NCBI GenBank assembly: GCA_050613775.1
Contig: JBODTK010000131.1
Coordinates: 186,001 to 250,000 of the forward strand
DNA length: 64,000 bases
Direction: 5' to 3'
From: Neocallimastix sp. 'constans'
Lineage: Eukaryota
Within the stretch, counting starts at the first letter, position 1; every line of letters starts with the position of its first letter. The notes beneath the pieces are model-generated. The model worked only from the letters and a program-made list of their open reading frames with translations. It had not been told where the DNA came from and made no database searches. This document shows positions 12,820-24,116 of the stretch, piece by piece. Position numbers and translations under genes: made by a program.

Positions 12820-15104
12820 GATTTTGATGTGTCAGAATCCATAATTATTTTTAACAAAATAATTATATTTTCTTCGTTAAGTAATAATTAATATAACTTT
12901 TGTTTAAGTTATATTCCATTCATACATTTAAATATAATTAATAATAAATTTAATATTATATTAAATGCATATTTAATTTACTATTAAAATTTATTTAAAT
13001 AAATAATTTTTTTAAATTTAAAAATAATAATTTATTTAATCTTTCACTTAAAATATCAAAATTTATTAGTTTTAGTTATTTATTTAAATTAAATTATAAA
13101 ACTAAAACGTTTATTCTATATTTTATAATGTATACTGTATTTCGTTTATTACATAATTTAATAATATTAATGTATTATTTTTCTTATATTTCGAAATACC
13201 TTTTAATATTCTATTCTTTTATTTTCGATCATTATATTAGATTAGAAAATCTGTTAATTAAGGTTTTTTTTTTTTTTTTTCAATTACTTCTTGGAAGTCA
13301 TTGGTTTTTTACTTAAATAATGCAAATGATCGAAATGGATAGAATATCGATCGAAAAGTTATTTAGGTTTTTCTATCTCTTCTATTCCTAGAAATGAGTT
13401 TTGGTAAGATTAGAAAACACATATTATATTTAACCTTAGTTTTGAAGAAAGTATAAATAAAAAAGGCTCTTGGGTTCTCTCTGAGAAATCAAGAGTTATC
13501 ATTATAATAAATATAATAATTATAATACTATAATAATAAAAATAATACAAAAAAAGAAAAAAAAAAAAACTTTTAAAAACTTTATTATTAATAAAAATAA
13601 AATTATAATATAACAAATTTTATAAGTAAAAATAGCTTTCTTTTTCGAAATTTAGTTTCCTGTTTATTATTTTTTGGTATAATAAGATCAATATATTAGA
13701 TAGAAATCATAGGTTAAGCATGATTCTTTTCTTACCTTTAATATTAGCAATTAAAGCTAATATTAATGATTAATAATTTAATTATAATTAATTTTATAAT
13801 TAAATTATTACATGATGATATAAAACAAAATTTATAAATTAAGAATAATTAATAAACTAAAATTATCAATTTATAATATTAATTCAATAAATTATAAAAT
13901 CATAAATAATTATTAAAAAAAAAATAAATAATTTAAAATAACATTACATAAATTTAAGATTAATAAAACTAGCATTATAAACTTAAAATAGTGAATATAG
14001 AAATTATATTTAAATTATTTAATCATGAGAAATTTATTTTGTTATATAAGAATATGCCATTATTTGATATAATTAGTAAATAGTTATTTTATCTTAAAGA
14101 CTTAAAATTAACTTTCATTTTATTTTTTTTAAAAAAAAAAAAAAAGACACTTCAATAGAATTAAAATAGTTAATACTTTTAATTTTAATATTTCTAAAAG
14201 TAATTAAATTTGATAGTTAATTATATAGTGTAATCTTAACCAAAAAAAAATATAAAAACATGTAATTTTTCATATTTAAAAGAACAACATTTTATTAAAA
14301 ATTTTTATGTTTATCAATTTTGTTCGTTAAATACTTTTTTTGTTACGTTTTAAACTTTAGAGTATTTATTTAAAATTAGATATTTAAAACTTGAAAAAAA
14401 TTAATATTTAAAAATTAAATAATTTTTATCTGCTGATGCAAGCTTAACTGTTTCCAATAAAATAATTTTTTAAAAAAGTTTTATAATAATACAAGCTTTA
14501 GTTATTTTAAATTTTATCTCTTTGATAAAGTGTTATTAATCGACTAAAGTAAGTTATTAATAATAACCATATCAAATTCTGGTGGAGAATCTTAAAAAAA
14601 AGGCCGGTGAACGTAAGGTATTATTTTCAAATAGTATTAAGATATTTAAAAATATAATATATAATAAGAAACAAAATTATTGTAAAATTTTACTGTTACA
14701 GTTAACTAAAATAACTGCAAACTAAAAATTTAATTTGACAATATAAATCTATTGAAATACATTATTGAAATATATTAAGTCAATTACTACATATATTAAT
14801 TAATAGAATATAATTATTTTGATAATATATAATATAATATAATATATAAAAAAGTAATGAAAACACAAATTATTTTCATGATAAATAATTTAAATGAATT
14901 AAAAATACACTATTCAAAAAATTGTAAATACTAATATACATAAAATATATATAAATAATGTAGTAGTAAATATAAAAATAATAAATATAAAACCTAAAGA
15001 GAATATATAAAAAGTATAAAGTAACATATATTATAATACAATTTTCATAAATATAATAATAAATTAATATATACAATAAAATAATTTATAATAAAATATT
15101 TAAT

Positions 15105-15272
15105 TTTTTTTTTTTTTTTTTAGACTAGGAATAAACTTTATTTAATAATATTTTTTTAAAAAATACATAAAGTTTAAATACATGAAATTTTTTTTTTTTT
15201 TTTAAATTAATATTAAAAAACTACGTTATGAGATTCGAGGACGAAATGGCCTCTAACTCTTCCCATTCATCA
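15105..15272 (-). mobile_element. Severely 5'-truncated LINE insertion (3' end plus poly-A) with a 12-bp TSD
   Basis: Reverse complement of the ORF end, 3' UTR and poly-A of the LINEs ending at about 34766 and 44846; flanked by AAAATATTTAAT at 15093-15104 and 15273-15284. Confidence 0.92.
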
Positions 15273-15446
15273 AAAATATTTAATAATTAATAATAATAAA
15301 ATAATTAAATAATATTTAATAATTTATAATAATTAAATAATTAAATAATAATTAATAATAATTAATAATAATTAATATTAAATAAATTTTTTTATTTATA
15401 TTTCATTAAAGTGGTTTAAATTTGTTGTTGATTATTACTATACTAC

Positions 15447-15544
<98 letters not shown>

Positions 15545-15555
15545 TTATTATTATT
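15447..15555. repeat. (TTA)n microsatellite, left flank of the intact copia
   Basis: Direct reading. Confidence 0.95.
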
Positions 15556-15801
15556 TGTTAACGTATGTTAATTTTATTAATATAAAGTTATAGTCTAGCT
15601 TAAGTTTAATAAAATATTAAATTAAATTATATTAAATATATTGTAATTACAAATTAAAATATAAATTAGTATGTATCTAGAACAAGCCACAATTAAATAT
15701 AAAAACATGTAATTTTATCTGTACTTTAAATCTTTGTTAACCATTTATATAACACTTGCGTTATATATCTAATTATTAATAAATAAATATTAAACAATAA
15801 T

Positions 15802-15816
15802 AGATTAAGAGTCTCA
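15802..15816 (+). promoter_or_regulatory. Primer-binding site complementary to the tRNA-Lys(CUU) anticodon stem-loop
   Basis: AGATTAAGAGTCTCA; its reverse complement TGAGACTCTTAATCT matches the anticodon arm of eukaryotic tRNA-Lys-CTT as I recall it. There is no TGG-type PBS after the LTR. Confidence 0.8.
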
Positions 15817-15876
15817 GTACTCTATAATAAATTACAAAGCTTTAAATTTAAAAATCGATTTTAACAAAGTATTAAG

Positions 15877-18800
15877 ATGGCCTATCAATTTAACTTAGCT
15901 AAGGACCAACGTCTTCGTGGTGTATCCAATTTTGCCACATGGAATTTCCTTATCATGACTGCAGCTAGGAGATATGGAATGGAAGAATTCATTGAAGAAG
16001 ATGTTATCTCTCACCTGAAGGATAATAACTATAGACTTAATCCTAATGAAGAATCTAAGACGGTAAAAGCTATCCTGAAGATTATTGAGGAATTACAATT
16101 AAATCGTGGAGAAAATGTAAACTACAATGAAGTGTTTACTCAAAACCGAAATAGAATCATTGCTAAAGCAGAAGAGAAAGACTCTCAGTTAATGCTTATG
16201 GTGATTCAAAACGTTGAAGAAAAAATATTAAGGGAAGTTAGTAGAATGAAGAAAACATTCACAATTATGGAAAAACTAACTTCAAAATACGGTGATAAGA
16301 ATAATGACACTGAATACTGGCTCAAGAAATTGCGAAAACTTAAGGCAAATGACCGCAGCCAAATAATGAAGATGGCTGATAGCGTAAATGAAATATTCGG
16401 TGAAATGGAAGATGCCGGAGTAAATTTGACTGAAAGGGAAAAATTAAAGTACATGTTCAATATTTTACCAAATGACTTTAAAAACATTATAGATGTAACT
16501 TTAGAAACTACCGCCAGACAATTATATGAAAGTATAAAAGATAGAATTTCAGCTAGATCATATCTAGAAAATTGGGAAAATACAATGGATGAACATGATG
16601 ATCATGATGATCCAATGGATATAGATCTAATTGAAAAACGTTATAAAAATAAAAACTATCATAAAGGAAAAGGTTTTGTTAAGAAAATAAACAGAAACAA
16701 TAACAAAACTAACAAAAATTTATATTGTCATATTTGTGAGATAAGAGGACATCTCACAAAAGATTGTAAATACAATATGAAAGCAAGAGAAAACAAAAAA
16801 GAAGGGAGGCAACAATCACTCTACCAGAAAAACCATAAAAATGAAGAAAAAGAATTAAAATCATTTGGTTTAGTGGAAAAAATAACTTCTAAATATGAAG
16901 AAAGTGACAGCGAAAGAGATGATAATTTTGAAGACATCAGACCATTATGTGAACCACATATTAATGATGCTTTGCTAATTGAATCAATAAATGAACCATA
17001 TAATATAGATAATGATGAAAAATCTGTAAACATAATTGAAAGAAATATAGAAAGTAACGAAACAGTTGAATGGTATTATGATAGTGGAGCTTACGAACAT
17101 GTAACTAATGATAAAAACCTTTTGAAAGATTATAAAGAAGATTTTGTACAACTAAGATGTGCAAACAATACTACTTTAGACTTTGAAGGATATGGTAGTT
17201 GTGAATTTACCATAAACAACTACCATATAAAATTAAACAAAGTGTTATATTCAAAAAAGGCACATAAAAACTTGATAAGTGCCATCGAATTCGCAAAAAT
17301 AGGTATAACATCCGTTATTGAGCCAATAAGTCAAGAAAAAGTAAAATTGACTATATCTGACTGTGATAAAAATGTTATCGGAACGTTTCTATCAACTGAT
17401 TTTAATCAATTTAAAATAAACACAAAAAGTATAATAAATAATCAAAATATTTTATCATTAGATGATTTAGGGCAAAACAGTCTAGAAATATGGCACAGAA
17501 GAATGGGCCATCAATATATAAGAAATATTTCTAAACATTTAGAACTACACGAGATCAAGATCCCAAAATGTAAAGAATGTAAAGTAGTAAAAATGAAGCA
17601 TTCCCCACATAATGGGAACAATCCTAAATCAAACAAGATACTTGAAGTTATACACTCTGACATTTCGGGGCCATATAACAGTTCTATTAATGACAAAAAA
17701 TATTTTATAACTTTCTTGGACGAATATTCGTGGAAAGTTTGGCTCTTCACTTTAAAATCTAAAGCTGAAGCGCCAGACATTATAATCGATTTTCTAAAAT
17801 ACCTTAACAATCAATTTGATAATTATAAAGTTAAAATATTTAAAACAGATGGTGGTAAAGAATATAAAAATAAGAAAATAAGAAGATACTGTAAAGATAA
17901 TGGAATTGAAAAATCATTCTCTCCACCATATTGTCCAGAAAATAATGGAAAAGCCGAAAGGATAAATCAAACAATAAAAAACACAGCTAAAACTTTATTA
18001 TTTTGGGCAAAATTATCTGAAAATTTCTGGGAATATGCAGTAAGACATGCGGCTTATTTGTATAATATGATTCCTCATGAAGGAAATAATAATTTAATAC
18101 CTGATGAAGTCATATCAGGAAAAAGTATTTCTTTAAAACACTTAAGAACTTTTGGATGTAAATGTTATTATATTGATAATATGGAAAACAAATCCAATTT
18201 CACTCCAAAAGCAAAGGAAGGAATATTTCTTGGTTTCAGCAAGAAAAATTACTCATATAGGATTATGGACATAAAAAACAAAAGAATACACCATGTCAGA
18301 GAAGTAGAATGTTTAGAGGAATGTCCAGCAAACTATATATATGAGAAAGAAGGATTTGTGGACCCATATTTCTCTTTTACAAAAATTGATAATAATATAG
18401 TAAATAATAATAATAATGAAAATAATCATATTATAAATGAAAATATAATTAATAATATAGAAAACATAAATAATGTTCTAAACAATGAAAATAATAATTT
18501 AAATGAAAACAATAATAATATTGATTTAAATAACATTATTGTAAACGATAATTTAAACAATATGAACATGGATAACGAGGATAATAAAATAGAAGCAGAA
18601 AATAATTTACATGATAATAACACGAAAATAATTATTAATATTTTAGATAATATGAATAATAATAAAAATATAGATAAAGGTAAAGAAAATATGGTTTATA
18701 ATATTAACAACGACGATATAATTAATTTAAACAATAAAAATAACAAAATTAAAACCATAACCTTAGAAAAGGACACAAAAACAAATAAACTATTGGATTT

Positions 18801-21762
18801 TAATAAAACAAATAACACACATAACAATAAACACAATATTACTTTAGAACAAAATAATTTATACGCAAAAAATAATATTAATTCAAATGTAATTTCTGAA
18901 GTAAATAATGAAATTTCAACTAATGTAAAACATAGTAACAATAATATAGTTCGTTTAAATAAAAATTATAATAAACAAAATACTAACACAGTACTAGAAA
19001 ACCAAAATATACTTCAAAAGGTCAATAACAATTCTTTAAATAATAATAATAATGATTTTATATTTACCAATATCCATGTAAACAATAAAAATAATTTGAA
19101 TCATTCATTAAAAAACGTGGTAAATAATTCTTACATTGAAAAAGGTGAATGCAGTTATTCTTATAAAAATAAACATAATTGGGCAGAAAAAGGAAAAGAT
19201 GCTGAAAATCCTTCAATTACCCATAAGGAATATAGTAAAAAATCCTGTAAAAATGATATCGTTTTACCGACTCTGATTAATACTGTTAACTCAAATATAA
19301 ATGATTCCAAGCCAACCGAAAATTCCCCTGCCAGTACTCCTGTAAAAACGCTTAAAGAAAATATTGATATTTCTAAATTTAAAAATGAAAAAAATTTTAA
19401 TAATAAAAATTATTCAAAAAATGAAGAAAATTTTACTTTACAACCATTGGATAATGGTAAAATAATTAAATCTTATAATTTAAATTCAGACCCAATAATG
19501 ACGAAGAATAATAATATTATGAATAATAATTCCACTAAATTAAAATCTTTTAATACATCACGTGAATCTACAACATTTATTAATAAAGATAATAAGTTAC
19601 ATAAAATTAATGATAACAGTAATAAATCTATGAAACTTAAAAATTTTTCAAAAATTAATCAAAAATTTATTAATAAAATTTTTTTTCAAAATGTCAATAA
19701 TAAAAATATAATTAATGATAATAATAAAATCAATACATCTGTAACAAATGATACTTTTGATAAAACATTTAAACTTTCCCTTAATAAATCTTTAAATAAT
19801 GAAGATTCTGTCACTAAAAATATTAAAGATGACAATTTTAATAATAATATTATTGCTACTAATGAAAATTTACTAGATAATGTTGTTGATGATAATCTAT
19901 CAATTAACAATTATAATTGTTCAAATTTAGATGAAAATGATGTTATTCCTATTGGCGATAAAACTCCCCAGGATTCTTATTCTATTAACCATGATTTAGG
20001 TTCTGATACTAATTACATTAATAATAATATTATTTCCATTATTTCTGACCAAGATGTAAATATGACTGATAATATGACAGGGATTAACAATCAGTCCGTA
20101 CTCAAACGTCCTTTAAGTCCTGAAACTTTCTTTAATATTACTAATGATATCTCTCGGCCTAAATATGATGTTTCCAATAATGAAAAAATGGTTTTTACAA
20201 TTTACTCTGATACACCTAATAGTTTTAATGAAGCTATTAATTGTCCTAATAAAAATTACTGGTATAAAGCTATACAAGATGAACTTAATAATTTATACAA
20301 TAATAATGTTATGTCCATCGTTAATTACATTCCTAAAAACAAAAATCTTATTTCGACAAAATGGGTTTTTGCTACCAAAAAAGACTCTAATAATAATATT
20401 GTTAGATTTAAAGCTCGCCTAGTTGCTAGAGGTTTTAAACAACGTAGAGGTATTGATTATGAACTTACTTATTCTCCTACCTTAAACATTGATGGATTAA
20501 AGCTTATTATCGCTTTAGCAGCTAAGTTTAATTGGAATATCTACCAATTAGATATTAAAGCTGCGTATCTCAACGCTCCATTAGATACTGATATTTACAC
20601 TACTATTCCACTAGGTGATACTAACTTTGGGCGGGGATTCTGGAAACTCAATAAAGCACTATACGGATTAAAACAATCCGGTAGGCAATGGAACCAAACG
20701 ATTACAAAATTTTTAAATAAAAATGGATTTAAACAAATAAAATCTGAAAAGTGTATATTTAAATATTCAAAGAATAATAAAACCAAATGCATCATAGGTT
20801 TATATGTAGACGATATGATCATAACTGGTGAAGACAAAGAAATACAAAATATAATTACAAAAATTAAAGAAAAATTTAAAATATCAAATTGTGGACCAGC
20901 CGAATTCATACTTGGCATAAAAATTGAAAAACAAAAGAATAAATATATTATATCACAAAATAGTTTTATAAATAATATATTAGACAAATTTAATATAAAA
21001 GAAATGAGAAAAAGAAAAACACCATGCACAGGAGACAACACTATCTCTGAAAATAATAAACCTTTCAATAAAACAATCTACAAGAGTGCTATAGGTTCCT
21101 TAATATATCTATCAAAATGCACAAGGCCAGATATCGCATTCTCCGTGAACAAGGCTGCCAGAAAATCAGAAAAACCCACAATATCAGACTGGAATAAAAT
21201 AACAAATATTTTCAGATATATAAATAGTACTAAAGATTATAAAATTGTATATGATGGACAAGGGGAAATAATAGCATACACTGATGCCGATTTTGGAGGT
21301 GATCTAAATGACAGGAAATCTACGTCTGGTGGTATAATACTTATGGGAAACAGTCCCATATGCTGGATTTCTAAAAAACAAACATGTGTAGCTACGTCTA
21401 CAGCAGAAGCAGAATACATTAGCACATCCGAAAATATTAAAAAAATTCTATGGATCAGAAATATTTTAAAAGAATTAATAAATTATAATAAAACAATTAC
21501 CATTTTCACAGATAATTTAGCAAGTAAAATAACTATTGAAAATGGTGAAATCAATACAAAGTTAAAACACATAGATATTAGATTTCATTTTAATAGAGAT
21601 AATATAGTAAAAAGGAAAGTAAAATTAGAATACAAAGATACAAAAGAAATGTTAGCTGACGCTCTCACTAAAGATGTTAATGGTACAAAAATGAGTATAT
21701 TTGCAAATAAGATTTTTAATATTAAAAAATCTAATTTGAGGGGGAGTGTTAACGTATGTTAA
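15877..21762 (+). CDS. Copia Gag-Pol polyprotein, 1961 aa (gag, zinc knuckle, protease, integrase, RT, RNase H)
   Basis: CHICEIRGHLTKDC knuckle; WYYDSGAYEHV protease; WHRRMGH..CKEC, HSD, TDGGKEY and NGKAER integrase motifs; LYGLKQSGRQW and YVDD RT motifs; YTDADFGG..STSG and KHIDIRFHF RNase H motifs. Integrase precedes RT, the copia order. Confidence 0.98.
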   Translation: MAYQFNLAKDQRLRGVSNFATWNFLIMTAARRYGMEEFIEEDVISHLKDNNYRLNPNEESKTVKAILKIIEELQLNRGENVNYNEVFTQNRNRIIAKAEEKDSQLMLMVIQNVEEKILREVSRMKKTFTIMEKLTSKYGDKNNDTEYWLKKLRKLKANDRSQIMKMADSVNEIFGEMEDAGVNLTEREKLKYMFNILPNDFKNIIDVTLETTARQLYESIKDRISARSYLENWENTMDEHDDHDDPMDIDLIEKRYKNKNYHKGKGFVKKINRNNNKTNKNLYCHICEIRGHLTKDCKYNMKARENKKEGRQQSLYQKNHKNEEKELKSFGLVEKITSKYEESDSERDDNFEDIRPLCEPHINDALLIESINEPYNIDNDEKSVNIIERNIESNETVEWYYDSGAYEHVTNDKNLLKDYKEDFVQLRCANNTTLDFEGYGSCEFTINNYHIKLNKVLYSKKAHKNLISAIEFAKIGITSVIEPISQEKVKLTISDCDKNVIGTFLSTDFNQFKINTKSIINNQNILSLDDLGQNSLEIWHRRMGHQYIRNISKHLELHEIKIPKCKECKVVKMKHSPHNGNNPKSNKILEVIHSDISGPYNSSINDKKYFITFLDEYSWKVWLFTLKSKAEAPDIIIDFLKYLNNQFDNYKVKIFKTDGGKEYKNKKIRRYCKDNGIEKSFSPPYCPENNGKAERINQTIKNTAKTLLFWAKLSENFWEYAVRHAAYLYNMIPHEGNNNLIPDEVISGKSISLKHLRTFGCKCYYIDNMENKSNFTPKAKEGIFLGFSKKNYSYRIMDIKNKRIHHVREVECLEECPANYIYEKEGFVDPYFSFTKIDNNIVNNNNNENNHIINENIINNIENINNVLNNENNNLNENNNNIDLNNIIVNDNLNNMNMDNEDNKIEAENNLHDNNTKIIINILDNMNNNKNIDKGKENMVYNINNDDIINLNNKNNKIKTITLEKDTKTNKLLDFNKTNNTHNNKHNITLEQNNLYAKNNINSNVISEVNNEISTNVKHSNNNIVRLNKNYNKQNTNTVLENQNILQKVNNNSLNNNNNDFIFTNIHVNNKNNLNHSLKNVVNNSYIEKGECSYSYKNKHNWAEKGKDAENPSITHKEYSKKSCKNDIVLPTLINTVNSNINDSKPTENSPASTPVKTLKENIDISKFKNEKNFNNKNYSKNEENFTLQPLDNGKIIKSYNLNSDPIMTKNNNIMNNNSTKLKSFNTSRESTTFINKDNKLHKINDNSNKSMKLKNFSKINQKFINKIFFQNVNNKNIINDNNKINTSVTNDTFDKTFKLSLNKSLNNEDSVTKNIKDDNFNNNIIATNENLLDNVVDDNLSINNYNCSNLDENDVIPIGDKTPQDSYSINHDLGSDTNYINNNIISIISDQDVNMTDNMTGINNQSVLKRPLSPETFFNITNDISRPKYDVSNNEKMVFTIYSDTPNSFNEAINCPNKNYWYKAIQDELNNLYNNNVMSIVNYIPKNKNLISTKWVFATKKDSNNNIVRFKARLVARGFKQRRGIDYELTYSPTLNIDGLKLIIALAAKFNWNIYQLDIKAAYLNAPLDTDIYTTIPLGDTNFGRGFWKLNKALYGLKQSGRQWNQTITKFLNKNGFKQIKSEKCIFKYSKNNKTKCIIGLYVDDMIITGEDKEIQNIITKIKEKFKISNCGPAEFILGIKIEKQKNKYIISQNSFINNILDKFNIKEMRKRKTPCTGDNTISENNKPFNKTIYKSAIGSLIYLSKCTRPDIAFSVNKAARKSEKPTISDWNKITNIFRYINSTKDYKIVYDGQGEIIAYTDADFGGDLNDRKSTSGGIILMGNSPICWISKKQTCVATSTAEAEYISTSENIKKILWIRNILKELINYNKTITIFTDNLASKITIENGEINTKLKHIDIRFHFNRDNIVKRKVKLEYKDTKEMLADALTKDVNGTKMSIFANKIFNIKKSNLRGSVNVC

Positions 21763-21988
21763 TTTTATTAATATAAAGTTATAGTCTAGCTTAAGTTTAA
21801 TAAAATATTAAATTAAATTATATTAAATATATTGTAATTACAAATTAAAATATAAATTAGTATGTATCTAGAACAAGCCACAATTAAATATAAAAACATG
21901 TAATTTTATCTGTACTTTAAATCTTTGTTAACCATTTATATAACACTTGCGTTATATATCTAATTATTAATAAATAAATATTAAACAA

Positions 21989-22233
<245 letters not shown>

Positions 22234-23789
22234 GTTTAAATAATAGTGGAAAATAATTTATATTATGAGATTATAATATTAAATGGAGATTTTTATTATT
22301 ATTCAATTATTCAATTATTCAATTATTTATATCTTAAATATAAAAAAAAAAAAAAAAAAAAGAAAATAAAAATTTTTTATTGATTTGTAAAAGTTTTGAG
22401 TTTCTTTACAATTACTCGACATTTTAAATAAATATTAAATATAAATATAAAATATAAAATATAAAATATAAATATAAATAATAAATAATAAATATATTAT
22501 ATAATATATTTTATCTATTTTTATATATTTTTAAATAGATTTACTCACTATTTTTTATTTTATTTTATTTTATTAATAATTGTTTAATTATATTTATATC
22601 TTCAATCATTTCTTTGTTGTTTTATCCACATTAATTTCATTACATATTACTATTTTATAGTTAATATATTATATAGTGTATTCAAATATATAATAATATT
22701 ATATTATATATAAATTATAATAAATAGTATATTCAATTAGTTTAAATAAAAATTTAAATTGAATAGAAATAAACCAATAAAAAATTAAAAAAATAAAAAA
22801 AAATAAAAAAAGAAAAATAAAAAAAGAAAAATAAAAAAATAAAAAAAGAAAAAAAAAATAAAAATAAAAAAAAAATTTTTCTTTTAATCAAAATGAAAGT
22901 AATGTTGTCTAATTAAGAAAAAAAAAAAAAAGAAGTTATTAACTTTTGAATATTATAATTGTATCTATTATAATTATTATTTATTATTAAATATTTAATA
23001 TTTATTATTTAATTATTATTTATTAATAAATACTCTTTTTTATTATTCAATTATTCAATTTGATATATGTTGTTTATTTATTTAATATTATAATACATTA
23101 TGTATTATTGCTATAGAGAAAAGTGAATATTATATTCATGATGTTTTGTATAGAATGTATATCACATGAATACATTTGTGATATGCGGGACTTTTATATT
23201 CTACTAATTTTTAATAGTAATGTTTTATTTAAATTAACATTTATTAATATATTTCAATTTATGAACCCAATAAATCAGGCTCTTCTCATAATTACAATAA
23301 AGATGAGTTGTTATTAGGAAATCTTTATAATAATTTTATTAAATATTAAAATAATAAATATATACATTTAAAATATAATCTATCAAAGTATAGTATAATA
23401 TATAATAAATATATATTAGAAATAATAAATATAACTATATAATTCTTTAAATGAAAATAAGAATAATAAAGATAAATATGTTAAGAATAACATTAAATAA
23501 TAAATATGAATATAATAAACACTATCAACTATATATATATTTAATTATAATTAAAATAACTATATCTATTTCATTATATTATAATATATAGAAGAATTAT
23601 ATATTTTTAATATAAACTTTAAAATAAATAAGAATATTTAAATTATATATATAATAATATTCTTATTATATATTTAGAAGAAATTAACTATTTAATTTAT
23701 TTAATATATTTAATATTATAATTAACAATATATATATGAATATTGAATAATATATGAATAAGAAATTATTTCAAATATTATTATTGACA

Positions 23790-23952
23790 GAAGAACTAAT
23801 AAAAATAGAACTAATAAAAAAAATAGAACTAATAAAAAAAATAGAACTAAAAAAAAAATAGAACTAAAAAAAAATAGAACTAAAAAAAAATAGAACTAAA
23901 AAAAATAGAACTAAAAAAAATGAAACTAAAAAAAATGAAACTAAAAAAAAAA
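23790..23952 (+). repeat. Tandem array of GAACTAA(T)AAAAAAAAT-like units upstream of the ankyrin-protease gene
   Basis: About 9-10 imperfect 16-19-bp units; the core equals the GGAACTAAAAAA motif seen upstream of other ankyrin paralogues. Confidence 0.8.
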
Positions 23953-24116
23953 TTCGAATTAATATAAAAGAAAAAATGAAGCAAAATAAAAAATATTTAT
24001 AAAAAAAAAAAAAAAACAGGAATATAAAAAAAAATTATCATAAAATATAATTAATTTCATCTTTTATTAGGAAATTCCATAAAAAAAAATTAAAATGAAA
24101 AAAAAATTTAAAAATT

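Larger units (their letters stand above)
15556..21987 (+). mobile_element. Intact Ty1/copia LTR retrotransposon
   Basis: LTRs 15556-15796 and 21747-21987 (241 bp, TG...CA, identical by eye); PBS at about 15802-15816; PPT GAGGGGGAG at 21738-21746; one uninterrupted gag-pol ORF. Confidence 0.98.

Noticed and set aside
16206..21425. Antisense and alternate-frame ORFs inside the copia (also within the LINE, protease and ankyrin genes)
   Set aside because: Shadow ORFs of real coding strands; no motifs.
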